This document shows positions 55,351 through 64,000 of a DNA stretch of 64,000 bases, one piece after another. The notes below the pieces were generated by a model. The model was not told the origin of the DNA, ran no database searches, and was given only the letters and a program-made list of their open reading frames with translations. The position numbers and the translations under genes are program-made. This stretch comes from an uncultured Pseudomonadota bacterium (GTDB lineage: Bacteria; Myxococcota_A; Polyangia; Fen-1088): positions 32,001 to 96,000 of the forward strand of contig CAWKBC010000040.1 in assembly GCA_963847705.1 (NCBI GenBank). Direction: 5' to 3'. How positions within the stretch are numbered: position 1 is the stretch's first letter; each line of letters opens with the position of its first letter.

Positions 55351-56145
55351 TCAGCTCTCGACGAGCGGATCTCCTATTCTCAGCCGCTTGCCGACTTCGA
55401 CGGCTGAGATGGAGGTGTTCACGGCGAAGCGATAGTAGTGATTGAAGCGGCGGACATCGGACCACGGGGGCAAGCGCCGCTGTCGCCGCTGGGCGAAGCT
55501 CTTCTGAAATCCCGGGATCACTTCACCCGTGTCGGGATCGCGCGTGGGCACGACACAACGCTGGCACGGGTTGTGACCCAGCAGCGCCACCTCTCCCAGG
55601 TGGAACGGCTTGCGCTCGCCGGGCGCGCCGAAGAGGCGGTCCTCGGCGAAAGCCACGTTCCCTTCGAGCTCGATGTTGCTGCGAAAGCGCCGCCGGAGGC
55701 TGGCCAGCGAGATCTGCGGGTACCAATCCTGTACCTCGAGCAGGCTGGCCTCGCTGCTGACCGTGGGACCCGAAGCCTCCCCGTCGTCCGGGAAGCCGCG
55801 GCGGGAGTCGTGCTTGAGCGTCACCGGCATCTCGAAGAAGTCGCTCAACCACCGTTCGAGCGGGGCCCGATCCTCGAGACTGAACTGGGGCCGCGAGGTG
55901 TCGCCTCTTTCCCACAGCGTGACCTCCGTCAGCGAAGGTTCGTAGTGGCAGCGCAGATCGTGCACGCGCGGGGTGCGCTTGCCATTCAGGAAGACGCCCT
56001 CCGCGTCGACCATGGCCCAGACACGATCGTGCTCGAGGATTCCGCCTTCGGTGATGCGAGCCTCGTCGAGCGAAACTCCGGCCAACGACTTGATCGGAAA
56101 GACGTCGATGCGCGCGACGCGGACAGTATTGGAGGTCGACGACAT
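55351..56145 (-). CDS. MOSC-domain protein
   Basis: FPIKSL, HDR, RRFRSNI, PCQRCVV. Confidence 0.9.
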   Translation of the reverse strand: MSSTSNTVRVARIDVFPIKSLAGVSLDEARITEGGILEHDRVWAMVDAEGVFLNGKRTPRVHDLRCHYEPSLTEVTLWERGDTSRPQFSLEDRAPLERWLSDFFEMPVTLKHDSRRGFPDDGEASGPTVSSEASLLEVQDWYPQISLASLRRRFRSNIELEGNVAFAEDRLFGAPGERKPFHLGEVALLGHNPCQRCVVPTRDPDTGEVIPGFQKSFAQRRQRRLPPWSDVRRFNHYYRFAVNTSISAVEVGKRLRIGDPLVES

Positions 56146-56457
56146 GGCTTTCTAAGCAACGATACTGACCTTGGATTGGCAAGCGTGTTGTTTCATTTGC
56201 AAATGACTTGCGTAAACAGGACACGAGCGATTCGTCACAACACGATTGCACGCATCGCAAATGTCGGGGCGCACCAGGCGCACCTCGCTCGGGGCCACGA
56301 TGTTGTCGTCCCGAAAAACGACGTCGACCCGCTCTTTGCATGCATGTCGTTTCATTTAGCGATGCCTGTCGTAAACGTGATGCGAGCGCCTCGTTGCAAA
56401 TGTTTGTGAGCCTGGCAAACGACCGCCGCTCCTCGCATGGGAGCGAACGCTGGCCGG

Positions 56458-57183
56458 CTACGCCTTGAAACCGGGAAAGTAACTGTCCTGGAGCAGCATG
56501 TCTTCGTAGAAGGCGCCGTACTTCTCGGTCGGATGCCGGATGTGAATCTCCAGCACCCAGAGCGGACCGGCGGAGGGCGTAAAGTCGAGATCGGCCATGG
56601 AGCCGGCGTAGTGGGCCTCGTGCGGAAATTCAGAGATCCGGTGGCCCGACAGGTCCATGTTGAGCTCCCAGCCCATGCGCCGCGCCTCGGCGACCGCAAA
56701 GTCGTAGAGCGCTCGCCCCGAGCTCCGCTCGGTCTCCCACTTCCTGCGCACCACGTGAAACAGCGTGCGCGCGTCAGCGGCGCAGCGCGCCTTGTCGGGG
56801 TCGGCTCCGGTGACGAAGGTGTCGCCGCCATCGCCCTCCCACTTCTCGAACACTGGACCGATGTCGATCAGGAAGATGTCGTCGGCACCCAAGACGACGC
56901 CCGGATCCGACGCCGCGCCGAACGTCTTGGTCGTGTTGCTCCCGAAGCGGACGTAGACCGCGTGCCAGCCGCGGATCATGCCGCTCTCGGCGAGGATGTC
57001 CTGGGCCATCTGGACGGCGTCCTCCTCGACCATGCCGGGCTTCACGCGGGCGGCGATCTCGTTGATCGCCGCTCGCGTCATGCCGCGAACCTTGAACATC
57101 TTGTCGATCGCGTAGTCCTTACCGACCTTTTCGAGCGGTGACGTCTCCAGCACGGTCGTCGTTTCCAGTGCGGTCGTGGTCAT
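56458..57183 (-). CDS. M24-family metallopeptidase-like protein
   Basis: IDIGP..EGDGG, SGH, LEIH, FYED. Confidence 0.85.
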   Translation of the reverse strand: MTTTALETTTVLETSPLEKVGKDYAIDKMFKVRGMTRAAINEIAARVKPGMVEEDAVQMAQDILAESGMIRGWHAVYVRFGSNTTKTFGAASDPGVVLGADDIFLIDIGPVFEKWEGDGGDTFVTGADPDKARCAADARTLFHVVRRKWETERSSGRALYDFAVAEARRMGWELNMDLSGHRISEFPHEAHYAGSMADLDFTPSAGPLWVLEIHIRHPTEKYGAFYEDMLLQDSYFPGFKA

Positions 57184-58277
57184 GGTGAGTCTCCTTGGTT
57201 TTCGACACAGGTATGCAGCTCGAGGCCGTCGAGGCCGGCCGTGAGCGGGATCTGGCACGACAGTCGGTCGCCTTCACCGGCCCCCAGGTATTGCAGCAGG
57301 CGCTCCTCGCGCCTCGCGGGCTGTCCGGTCCTCCCTCTCCAGGACGGCGCGACGTGAACGAGGCAGGTGCCGCAGGCCCCTTGTCCGCCGCAGACCGCCT
57401 GAAGGGGAACGCCCGCCCGCTTGAGGGCGAACAGCAGCGCCTCGCCCGTGACGCCCGGGATGGCGCACGGGCGGACCTTCCGGTCGAGGAACAGGTTGAC
57501 CGGCTCGCCGCGGGTCGGCAGTGCGAGGCCTTCCGGGACAGGACCAACCGAGAACACGTCGGCGACCATGCGCCTGGGGTCGAACCCCCGCTCGGCGGCG
57601 CAATCGCGGGCGAGCGCCTCGATCATGGCGGGCGCCCCACAGGCGTAGATGTCGTAGTCCGAAAGGTCGTCGAAGTCTTCGACGACCGCGCGATGAACGT
57701 GGCCCGTGCGTGTCGCAAGATCAGGATGGCCCTGGCTCAACACCGGGGTGAAGCGCACGCCGGGCAGCCGTTCGACCAGCGCGACCACAGCGCCGATGTC
57801 GTAGAGGTCCTCGAGCGAACGTGCGCCCCAGTAGAAGTGGAGGGGGCGGTCCCTGTGGCGGCCGGCGCGCACGGTGGCCATCCGCTCGAGGCAAGCCTTG
57901 ATGGGAGCGAAGCCGGTGCCGCCCGCCACGATGATCGTGCGCGGCGAGGCGTCAGGCGGGATCAAAAACTCTCCGTAGGGTCCTACCAGCCAGAAGCGGT
58001 CGCCGACCTGCGCTGTCTCGAACAGGGCGCTGGTGAAGACGCCCCCGGCCGCGCGGCTCACATGCAGCTCCAGCTCGTCGCCGATGGGCTCGGCGTTGGC
58101 GATGGAGAAGAAGCGTGGCCGCCCGTCATCGGCTTCCAGGCCGATGAACTGCCCGGGCCGATAGCTGAAGTCCTCTCTGTCCTGGAGCTTCAGCTTCAGG
58201 ATCAGGGTCCGACGGGAAGCGCGACGCAGCGCCGAGAGCGTCACCTGGTAGCGCTTTGTCGAGAATCGTTCGTGCAT
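57180..58277 (-). CDS. FAD/NAD(P)-binding oxidoreductase with C-terminal 2Fe-2S ferredoxin
   Basis: RFFSIAN, AGGTGFAP, YACG, CGGQGACGTC...RLSCQ. Confidence 0.88.
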   Translation of the reverse strand: MHERFSTKRYQVTLSALRRASRRTLILKLKLQDREDFSYRPGQFIGLEADDGRPRFFSIANAEPIGDELELHVSRAAGGVFTSALFETAQVGDRFWLVGPYGEFLIPPDASPRTIIVAGGTGFAPIKACLERMATVRAGRHRDRPLHFYWGARSLEDLYDIGAVVALVERLPGVRFTPVLSQGHPDLATRTGHVHRAVVEDFDDLSDYDIYACGAPAMIEALARDCAAERGFDPRRMVADVFSVGPVPEGLALPTRGEPVNLFLDRKVRPCAIPGVTGEALLFALKRAGVPLQAVCGGQGACGTCLVHVAPSWRGRTGQPARREERLLQYLGAGEGDRLSCQIPLTAGLDGLELHTCVENQGDSP

Positions 58278-58407
58278 CACCGCTCCTCGGCTGCGGCGCC
58301 GGTCCCCCCCTGGGAAAGCCGACACGCCGTTCAGCGCGGACTTTCGTGGGCTCCCGTACCGACACCGGTCGACGTTCATTGCAGCGATTGAGGACGCTAT
58401 GATAGTT

Positions 58408-58452
58408 ACTGGACCAGTAGATCACCCAGATTCAAAAAACCGGATGGTCCAG
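58408..58452. promoter_or_regulatory. Candidate MocR operator
   Basis: CTGGACCA (in ACTGGACCAGT) and inverted TGGTCCAG in the divergent intergenic region. Confidence 0.45.
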
Positions 58453-58454
58453 AG

Positions 58455-59924
58455 ATGTTGCGCCCTTGGCCCCTGAGGATCGTGCTCGACCGGCGAAGCG
58501 ACACGCCGGTGGGCCAGCAGATCGTGCACGCCATCATCGAGGAGGTGCGCCGGGGGCGGCTCAAGCCGGGGGCGCCGCTTCCTGGAAGCCGGGAGCTGGC
58601 CGACAGCCTCGGCGTGAACCGGAAGACGGTCATCGTCGCCTTCGAGGAGCTGCAGGCTCAGGGATGGCTGGCCAGCGAGAAGCGGCGCGGGACCTTCGTC
58701 GCGGAGAATTTGCCTCTGATGGACGCCGCCGGCGGCGGGGCCGCGGGGATGCCCGAGCAACCTTTGTTCCGGCCGGCGCGCGCCGCGGCAGGCCTCCTCG
58801 CCGATCTCCCGCCCCGCGACATGCTGTCCTTCGACGACGGCGCGCCGGACCTCCGCTACGTGCCGATCGACCTGCTTGCGCGCGGCTATCGCGACGCTCT
58901 GCGAAGCACGCTGCAGCGGCGCCGGCTGGGCTACGGCGATCCGCGCGGCTCCGAAGCGCTGCGGACGTCGATCGCCGCCATGCTCAGCGCCGAGCGCGGC
59001 CTGGCGGTCACGGCCGAGAACCTCTGTCTCACGCGCGGCAGCCAGATGGCCATCTTCGTGGTCGCCCAGACGCTGGTCTCAGGCGGCGATACGGTGGTGG
59101 TGGAGTCGTTGACCTACCCGCCCGCGCGCGAGGCCTTCCGGCGCGCGGGGGCGGACATTTCGACGGTGGGCGTCGACGAGCGGGGTCTGGTCCCCGCCGA
59201 TCTGGAGCGCATCTGCCGGCGCAAGCGCGTGCGCGCCGTCTACGTGACGCCGCACCACCACTTCCCCACGACGGTGCTGATGACGCCGGAACGGCGCATG
59301 CGCCTGATGCTGCTGGCCTCGCAGTTTGGCTTCGCGGTCGTCGAGGACGACTACGACCACGATTTTCACTTCACGCACCAGCCGATGCTCCCCCTGGCCG
59401 CCTTCGACGGCGAAGGGCGGGTCGTCTATGTCGGCTCTCTGTCGAAGCTGCTGAGCCCCAGCCTGCGCATTGGCTACGTGTCGGCGCCCAAGGCCCTGGC
59501 CCAGCGCCTCGGCGCAGAGGTCATGGTGGTGGACCGCCAGGGAGATCCTGCGATGGAGGCCGCGATCGCAGAGTTCATCGAAGCGGGAGAGCTCCAGCGT
59601 CACACCCGCAAGATGATGCGGCTTTACGCTGAGCGCCGGCAGCGATTCGCCGAGCTACTCGCCGACCACTTCGGCGACGACATCTCGGTCTCGGTTCCCC
59701 CTGGTGGCCTGGCGTTCTGGGTGCGCTTCAAGGGCGTCGATCTCGGCCGCCTGCTCGAGCGCAGCCACGCGCGGCGCGTGCACTTCCAGTCGCCGCAAGC
59801 GTTCGCCTCCAATGGCGCCACGGTCGATGCTCTGCGTCTGGGCTTCGCCAGCCTGGACGTCGACGAGCTGAAGACCGCGACGAAGCGGCTGCGGGCGGCA
59901 TTTCGCGACGTCACCGACCAGTAA
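58455..59924 (+). CDS. MocR/GabR-family regulator (GntR wHTH + PLP aminotransferase-like)
   Basis: LPGSRELA..LGVNR, EDDYD, GSLSK...LRIG. Confidence 0.93.
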   Translation: MLRPWPLRIVLDRRSDTPVGQQIVHAIIEEVRRGRLKPGAPLPGSRELADSLGVNRKTVIVAFEELQAQGWLASEKRRGTFVAENLPLMDAAGGGAAGMPEQPLFRPARAAAGLLADLPPRDMLSFDDGAPDLRYVPIDLLARGYRDALRSTLQRRRLGYGDPRGSEALRTSIAAMLSAERGLAVTAENLCLTRGSQMAIFVVAQTLVSGGDTVVVESLTYPPAREAFRRAGADISTVGVDERGLVPADLERICRRKRVRAVYVTPHHHFPTTVLMTPERRMRLMLLASQFGFAVVEDDYDHDFHFTHQPMLPLAAFDGEGRVVYVGSLSKLLSPSLRIGYVSAPKALAQRLGAEVMVVDRQGDPAMEAAIAEFIEAGELQRHTRKMMRLYAERRQRFAELLADHFGDDISVSVPPGGLAFWVRFKGVDLGRLLERSHARRVHFQSPQAFASNGATVDALRLGFASLDVDELKTATKRLRAAFRDVTDQ

Positions 59925-60042
59925 CAACCGAGTGGGTTGTTGGCGGCCGCGCACTGTCCGAGGTTGGGCACCATGCAGGCGAACCCCCGCCGCCTTTCTA
60001 CCCGCGCGTGCGCGCGGCCCGCGGGGCGACGTGGCGGCACGG

Positions 60043-60279
60043 CTATCGGTCGCGCCGCTTCTGCTCGCGCAGCATGAAGAGATAGAGGCTCTCGACCTTC
60101 TCGCGCGCCCACGGCGTGCGCCGGAGGAACTTCAAGCTGGAGGGGATGCTGGGCTCCGTGGTGAAGCAGCGGATGTTCACCTGCCGGCCGAGCTCCGGCC
60201 AACCGAAGTGCGCCACCAGCTCCTTGAGAATCTGCTCGAGCGTGATGCCGTGAAGCGGGTTGTGCGGTTGCGTGCTCAT
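60043..60279 (-). CDS. VF530/DUF2132-family protein
   Basis: NPLHGITLE...[17 protein letters not shown]; GAGGAG RBS. Confidence 0.88.
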   Translation of the reverse strand: MSTQPHNPLHGITLEQILKELVAHFGWPELGRQVNIRCFTTEPSIPSSLKFLRRTPWAREKVESLYLFMLREQKRRDR

Positions 60280-60429
60280 TGGCTCCTCGGGGACGGTGCG
60301 CCGGGCCAGGAGACTACCGGGCACCGGCCGCCTTCGGGAGATTGGATCGCGGCGATTCCGGCGCCGGTGTTGAAAGCAGGGAGGCTCGCCCATGCGGCAA
60401 TCTTTCGTCGGCGCAGCCGATGTCGGCGT

Positions 60430-62049
60430 ATGACTACGGCATTGGCGCCCCACCCGCCCAGCGAACTGCGTCCCTACCAGCGCGCCGCGATCGAGGCCGT
60501 GCTGGCGGCGCGCCGCGCGGGCCGGCGTCGCCTGCTGGTCCACCTGCCCACGGGCGCCGGCAAGACGGTGATCTTCTCACACCTGGCCAGGCTGGCGCGA
60601 CGCCAGGTGCTGGTGCTCGCTCATCGCGAGGAGCTGCTGACCCAGGCGCGGGAGAAGCTGGTCCGGGCGCTCGGGGGCGACGCCGTCGTCGAGATCGAGC
60701 GCGGCGCGCTCCGGGCGTCGGCCGGGGCGAAGGTGCTCGTCTGCTCGATCCGCTCGCTGCACGAGGAGCGGCTGGCGCGCGTCCTGCGGGGCCGCGACGT
60801 GGGGCTCATCGTCTATGACGAGTGCCACCACGCGGCGGCCGAGGACAACCTGCGCGTCCTGCGGCAGCTGGGCGTGTTCGAGCCCGCCTTCGACGGCACG
60901 CTGCTCGGCTTCACGGCCACCACCGCGCGCGGCGACGGTCAGGGGCTCGACCGGGTGTTCGAGGAGGTCGTCTACACACGCGCCCTGCCCGAGCTGATCG
61001 ACGATGGCTACCTGGCGCCATTGCGCGGCTTCCGGATCTCGACGACGGCGGATCTCCGCAAGCTGTCGCCCGGGGGCCTCGACTACGACGAGGAGGAGCT
61101 GGCCGAAGCGATCGACATCGAGGAGCGCAACGCCCTGGTCGCGCGGTCGATCCAGGAGCTGGCGCGCGACCGGCGCACCATCGCCTTCTGCGTGACGGTC
61201 AATCACGCGCGGCATCTGGCGCACGCCCTGAACGCGCTGGGCGTGCCCACGGGCATCGTTCACGGCGCCATGCCCGGACCCACCCGCGCGCAGACCCTGC
61301 GCGACTTTCGCGAAGGGCGCACGCAGGTCCTCACCAACGTGGGCGTCTTGACCGAAGGCTTCGACGATCCGGAGGTGTCGTGCGTCGCGATGGCGCGGCC
61401 CACGCGCTCGGAGGGCCTCTACGCCCAGTGCGTGGGGCGCGGGACGCGCCTCTTCCCCGGCAAGACCGACTGCCTGATCCTGGACTTCGTCGATCTGACG
61501 ACGCTGAGCCTCTGCACGTTGCCGTCGCTGTTCGGCGCGCCGCGGGATCTGGATCTGCGCGGGGGAGATGCGAACGAGGCGCGGCGCCTGTGGCAGCGCA
61601 TCGAGTTCGATCGGCCGGGCTTCGAGCTGGAGGCGGGCGCGGTCACGCTGGCGGAGATTCAGGACCGCGCCGCCAGCTTTGATCCGCTGACGCTGCGGCC
61701 CGACGAGGAGATCCGCGCGATCTCGATCAACGCCTGGTTCTCGCTGGGCCGCCACGGCCTGGGGCTGCATTTTCAGCCGGGCGCCGGCCGCGTGACCGAG
61801 GTGCTGGTCCTGCGGCGCCCCGGCCGCGGGAAGGTGTGGGAGGCCGTCATGGACGACCGGCCGATGGCGCGCTTCGGGCGGATCGAGGAGGCCGTCGACG
61901 CGGTGGACTTCGAGATTGAGCGGATGGGCCGAGCAACGGCGCTCTCGGCCAGGCACGACGCCGGCTGGCGCCGGGCCGCCGATCGAGCCGATGCCCTGCG
62001 CCTGGCGGTGTGGCATCGCCTCCACCCGCCGGTCACTCGACGGCGATGA
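60430..62049 (+). CDS. Superfamily 2 DExH helicase (ResIII/IRC3-like)
   Basis: LRPYQ, PTGAGKT, DECHH, FTAT, TEGFD, QCVGRG. Confidence 0.92.
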   Translation: MTTALAPHPPSELRPYQRAAIEAVLAARRAGRRRLLVHLPTGAGKTVIFSHLARLARRQVLVLAHREELLTQAREKLVRALGGDAVVEIERGALRASAGAKVLVCSIRSLHEERLARVLRGRDVGLIVYDECHHAAAEDNLRVLRQLGVFEPAFDGTLLGFTATTARGDGQGLDRVFEEVVYTRALPELIDDGYLAPLRGFRISTTADLRKLSPGGLDYDEEELAEAIDIEERNALVARSIQELARDRRTIAFCVTVNHARHLAHALNALGVPTGIVHGAMPGPTRAQTLRDFREGRTQVLTNVGVLTEGFDDPEVSCVAMARPTRSEGLYAQCVGRGTRLFPGKTDCLILDFVDLTTLSLCTLPSLFGAPRDLDLRGGDANEARRLWQRIEFDRPGFELEAGAVTLAEIQDRAASFDPLTLRPDEEIRAISINAWFSLGRHGLGLHFQPGAGRVTEVLVLRRPGRGKVWEAVMDDRPMARFGRIEEAVDAVDFEIERMGRATALSARHDAGWRRAADRADALRLAVWHRLHPPVTRRR

Positions 62050-62225
62050 CGGAGAAGGTCGGGCGGGTGCGGACGTGCAAGCTCGGCCCACACCGACTGG
62101 AGGAGGAGACGGCCTGAATCGAGAGGCACCGCCAGCTCTGGGGCTCACGCTTCGACGAGCTGGACCAGGTCGTCGAGGAGCTGAAACAGAAGGAGAAGAC
62201 CAATGGACGCAGGAAGAGCAGGTGA
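62046..62225 (+). pseudogene. C-terminal remnant of ArsR/SmtB regulator with internal TGA
   Basis: [34 protein letters not shown]; directly before SRPBCC gene. Confidence 0.7.
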
Positions 62226-62730
62226 GACCACCCCCGTGAAGAGCCGCACGACGGTGGAACGGAAGTCCGAGCGTGAGCTCGTCGTGACGCGAACCTTCAA
62301 CGGCCCGGCGCGCCTGGTGTTCGAGGCGTGGACCGAGCCCGAGCTGTTCAAGCGGTGGTGGGTGCCGAAGTCGATCGGCATCTCCCTCCTTTCCTGCGAG
62401 ATGGACGTTCGCGTCGGGGGCGGGTACCGCCTCGTGTTCGGCCAGCAAGCCTCGACGATCGACGCCTCGAAGACCACGGCGTTCTTCGGCAGATACCTCG
62501 AAGTGACACCGCACGCGCGCCTCGTCTGGACCAATGAGGAAGGTGATGGCGGTCAAGCCGTCACCACGGTGACCTTCGAGGAAAAGGGCGGCAAGACGCT
62601 GTTGGTTCTGCACGAGCTCCATCCCTCGAAGGAAGCTCTCGACGAGGCCATCGGCTTCGGGGAGGGGCTGCGCGAGACGTTCCAGCAACTGGACGAGCTT
62701 CTCGTCACCCTGGAAGATGGGTCGCAATGA
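62203..62730 (+). CDS. SRPBCC/AHSA1-family protein
   Basis: RTFNGPARLVFEAWTEPEL...DVRVGGGYR. Confidence 0.9.
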   Translation: MDAGRAGETTPVKSRTTVERKSERELVVTRTFNGPARLVFEAWTEPELFKRWWVPKSIGISLLSCEMDVRVGGGYRLVFGQQASTIDASKTTAFFGRYLEVTPHARLVWTNEEGDGGQAVTTVTFEEKGGKTLLVLHELHPSKEALDEAIGFGEGLRETFQQLDELLVTLEDGSQ

Positions 62731-63146
62731 CGAAGGCATCGGGAACGGCGGCACTGCTGGCATGGATGGCGCTCGGCGTTGGTTGCGGCGGCAGCGGAAC
62801 GTCGGCGAGCAGTCCTCCCGCGGATTCGAGCACGATTGCGAGCTTGGGGGACGGAGAGCTCGGGGCGTTCTGCGCGGAGCTGGCGTCGGTCGAGGGCGGG
62901 TACAGCAAGCTCCATGACCTCGCCTGCGAAGGTGGCTCTTCCTCCGTCAGTTTTCAGATCGGGACTGACCAGACATCGTGCGAGGCCCTCTTCAAGGCTC
63001 TCCCCGCAAGTTGCGGGACCTTGACGGTCGGTCAGCTCAAGGCCTGCGTCGCCGACACCTACGCCGCGACCTGCGACACCAGCAACCTGGTCACTGCGTC
63101 TTGCGATCCCTTTTTCACCTGCGCGTTCGGCGCTTCAGGGGGCTGA
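62727..63146 (+). CDS. Cys-rich lipoprotein
   Basis: GVGC lipobox; ATGA overlap. Confidence 0.7.
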   Translation: MTKASGTAALLAWMALGVGCGGSGTSASSPPADSSTIASLGDGELGAFCAELASVEGGYSKLHDLACEGGSSSVSFQIGTDQTSCEALFKALPASCGTLTVGQLKACVADTYAATCDTSNLVTASCDPFFTCAFGASGG

Positions 63147-63200
63147 CCGCGCGCCATCCGCGCGGGGGCCTCCGACTGCACCAGCCGCTGGTTTGGCGCG

Positions 63201-63719
63201 CTAGAACGGCGGCTCGCGCTCGGCGGCCGTGGCGGCGCTTCGACGTTTGGGGGGCTTCTGGGCGGCCTTGAGGCGCTCGACCACCGCCGGGATGTCGGCG
63301 AGGTCGATGCGCTGTTCAGCGCCCTCGGGTGTGCGGTGGATGACCGCGACGACGTCGAGGTGGTCGATGGCGACCTTGATGTTGCGGTTGCGCCCGCGCG
63401 AGGTCGTCGTCACCTCGATCTTGGGGCGCAGGCCGGGCCGGCGGTCGCGCAGCATGCGGGCCAGGAAGGGGCGGACGGTGTTGCTGAACCTGAGGTGATA
63501 CCGGCGCCGCATCTCGCCGGTCACGAGGTCGATGGAGATCAGCTCGTCGCCGCGGGCCGCCCACTCCAGGGCGACGCTCTCGGCCGCCGGGTACAGTGTC
63601 TCCAGGTCGGCCATCTTGAACCCGTACTCCGAAAGCTTGTCGGCGACCCATTTCGCGTCGACCGACAGCGCCCGGACGTTGGGGTCTGGGGCTCGGGTGG
63701 GCAGTTCGAGCTGGCTCAT
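63201..63719 (-). CDS. Hypothetical protein
   Basis: GC-biased codon use, globular-looking sequence. Confidence 0.65.
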   Translation of the reverse strand: MSQLELPTRAPDPNVRALSVDAKWVADKLSEYGFKMADLETLYPAAESVALEWAARGDELISIDLVTGEMRRRYHLRFSNTVRPFLARMLRDRRPGLRPKIEVTTTSRGRNRNIKVAIDHLDVVAVIHRTPEGAEQRIDLADIPAVVERLKAAQKPPKRRSAATAAEREPPF

Positions 63720-63860
63720 GGCGTCTGTCGCCACTGTAACTCGCCGAGCGCCGACCTGGGAACGGCCGGTCACGTTTCCGGACGGTCAGCGCGATCCCCG
63801 GTGGACGCTCTCGCCTCTCGAATTGATCTGTCCGAAGGACAGTGATACGCCTGCCGGGTG

Positions 63861-64000
63861 ATGGGGTGGTCTCGGAGACTGATGGTCGGTCTGCTGGTGG
63901 CCTGCGGCGGGGCCTGTGGGGGAAGCGGCAGCGCGCCGTACACGCCGGTGTCGGTGACAACCGACGCCACCGGGACGCTCTACACGCTCGACATGGGCGC
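63861..64000 (+). CDS. 5' end of a probable lipoprotein (partial)
   Basis: MGWSRRLMVGLLVACGGACGG..., open to window end. Confidence 0.5.
   Translation, partial: MGWSRRLMVGLLVACGGACGGSGSAPYTPVSVTTDATGTLYTLDMG

Overview
GC-rich bacterial DNA, probably Myxococcota/Polyangia (inferred from Thr-Gly-Gly-repeat and VWA-like lipoproteins and a myxobacterial-type sigma-54 activator). An intact tRNA-Leu(CAG) at 174-257 is the target of two tandem tyrosine-integrase islands, delimited by copies of its 3' half at 33506-33558 and 43131-43184; each island has its own short repeat motif at both ends (candidate arm sites). Island 1 (~33 kb) looks like an integrative mobilizable element with a pTF-FC2/IncQ2-type mobABCDE module and MOB_P oriT. 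It also carries a FliA-like sigma factor behind a sigma-54-type promoter, toxin-antitoxin genes (two toxins truncated) and a 3.2-kb IS21 with two overlapping accessory ORFs and a predicted four-way-junction RNA. Its defence-like cargo includes a small ORF + metallophosphoesterase-beta-GAF protein, Fic, a HEPN-motif protein, an NDT/TIR-like protein and a small ORF + TM-GAF-like + HAD operon. Island 2 (~9.6 kb) is decayed, with mostly host-like cargo. The rest (43.2-64 kb) is ordinary accessory chromosome. All family calls come from motif recognition by eye; no searches or folding programs were run.
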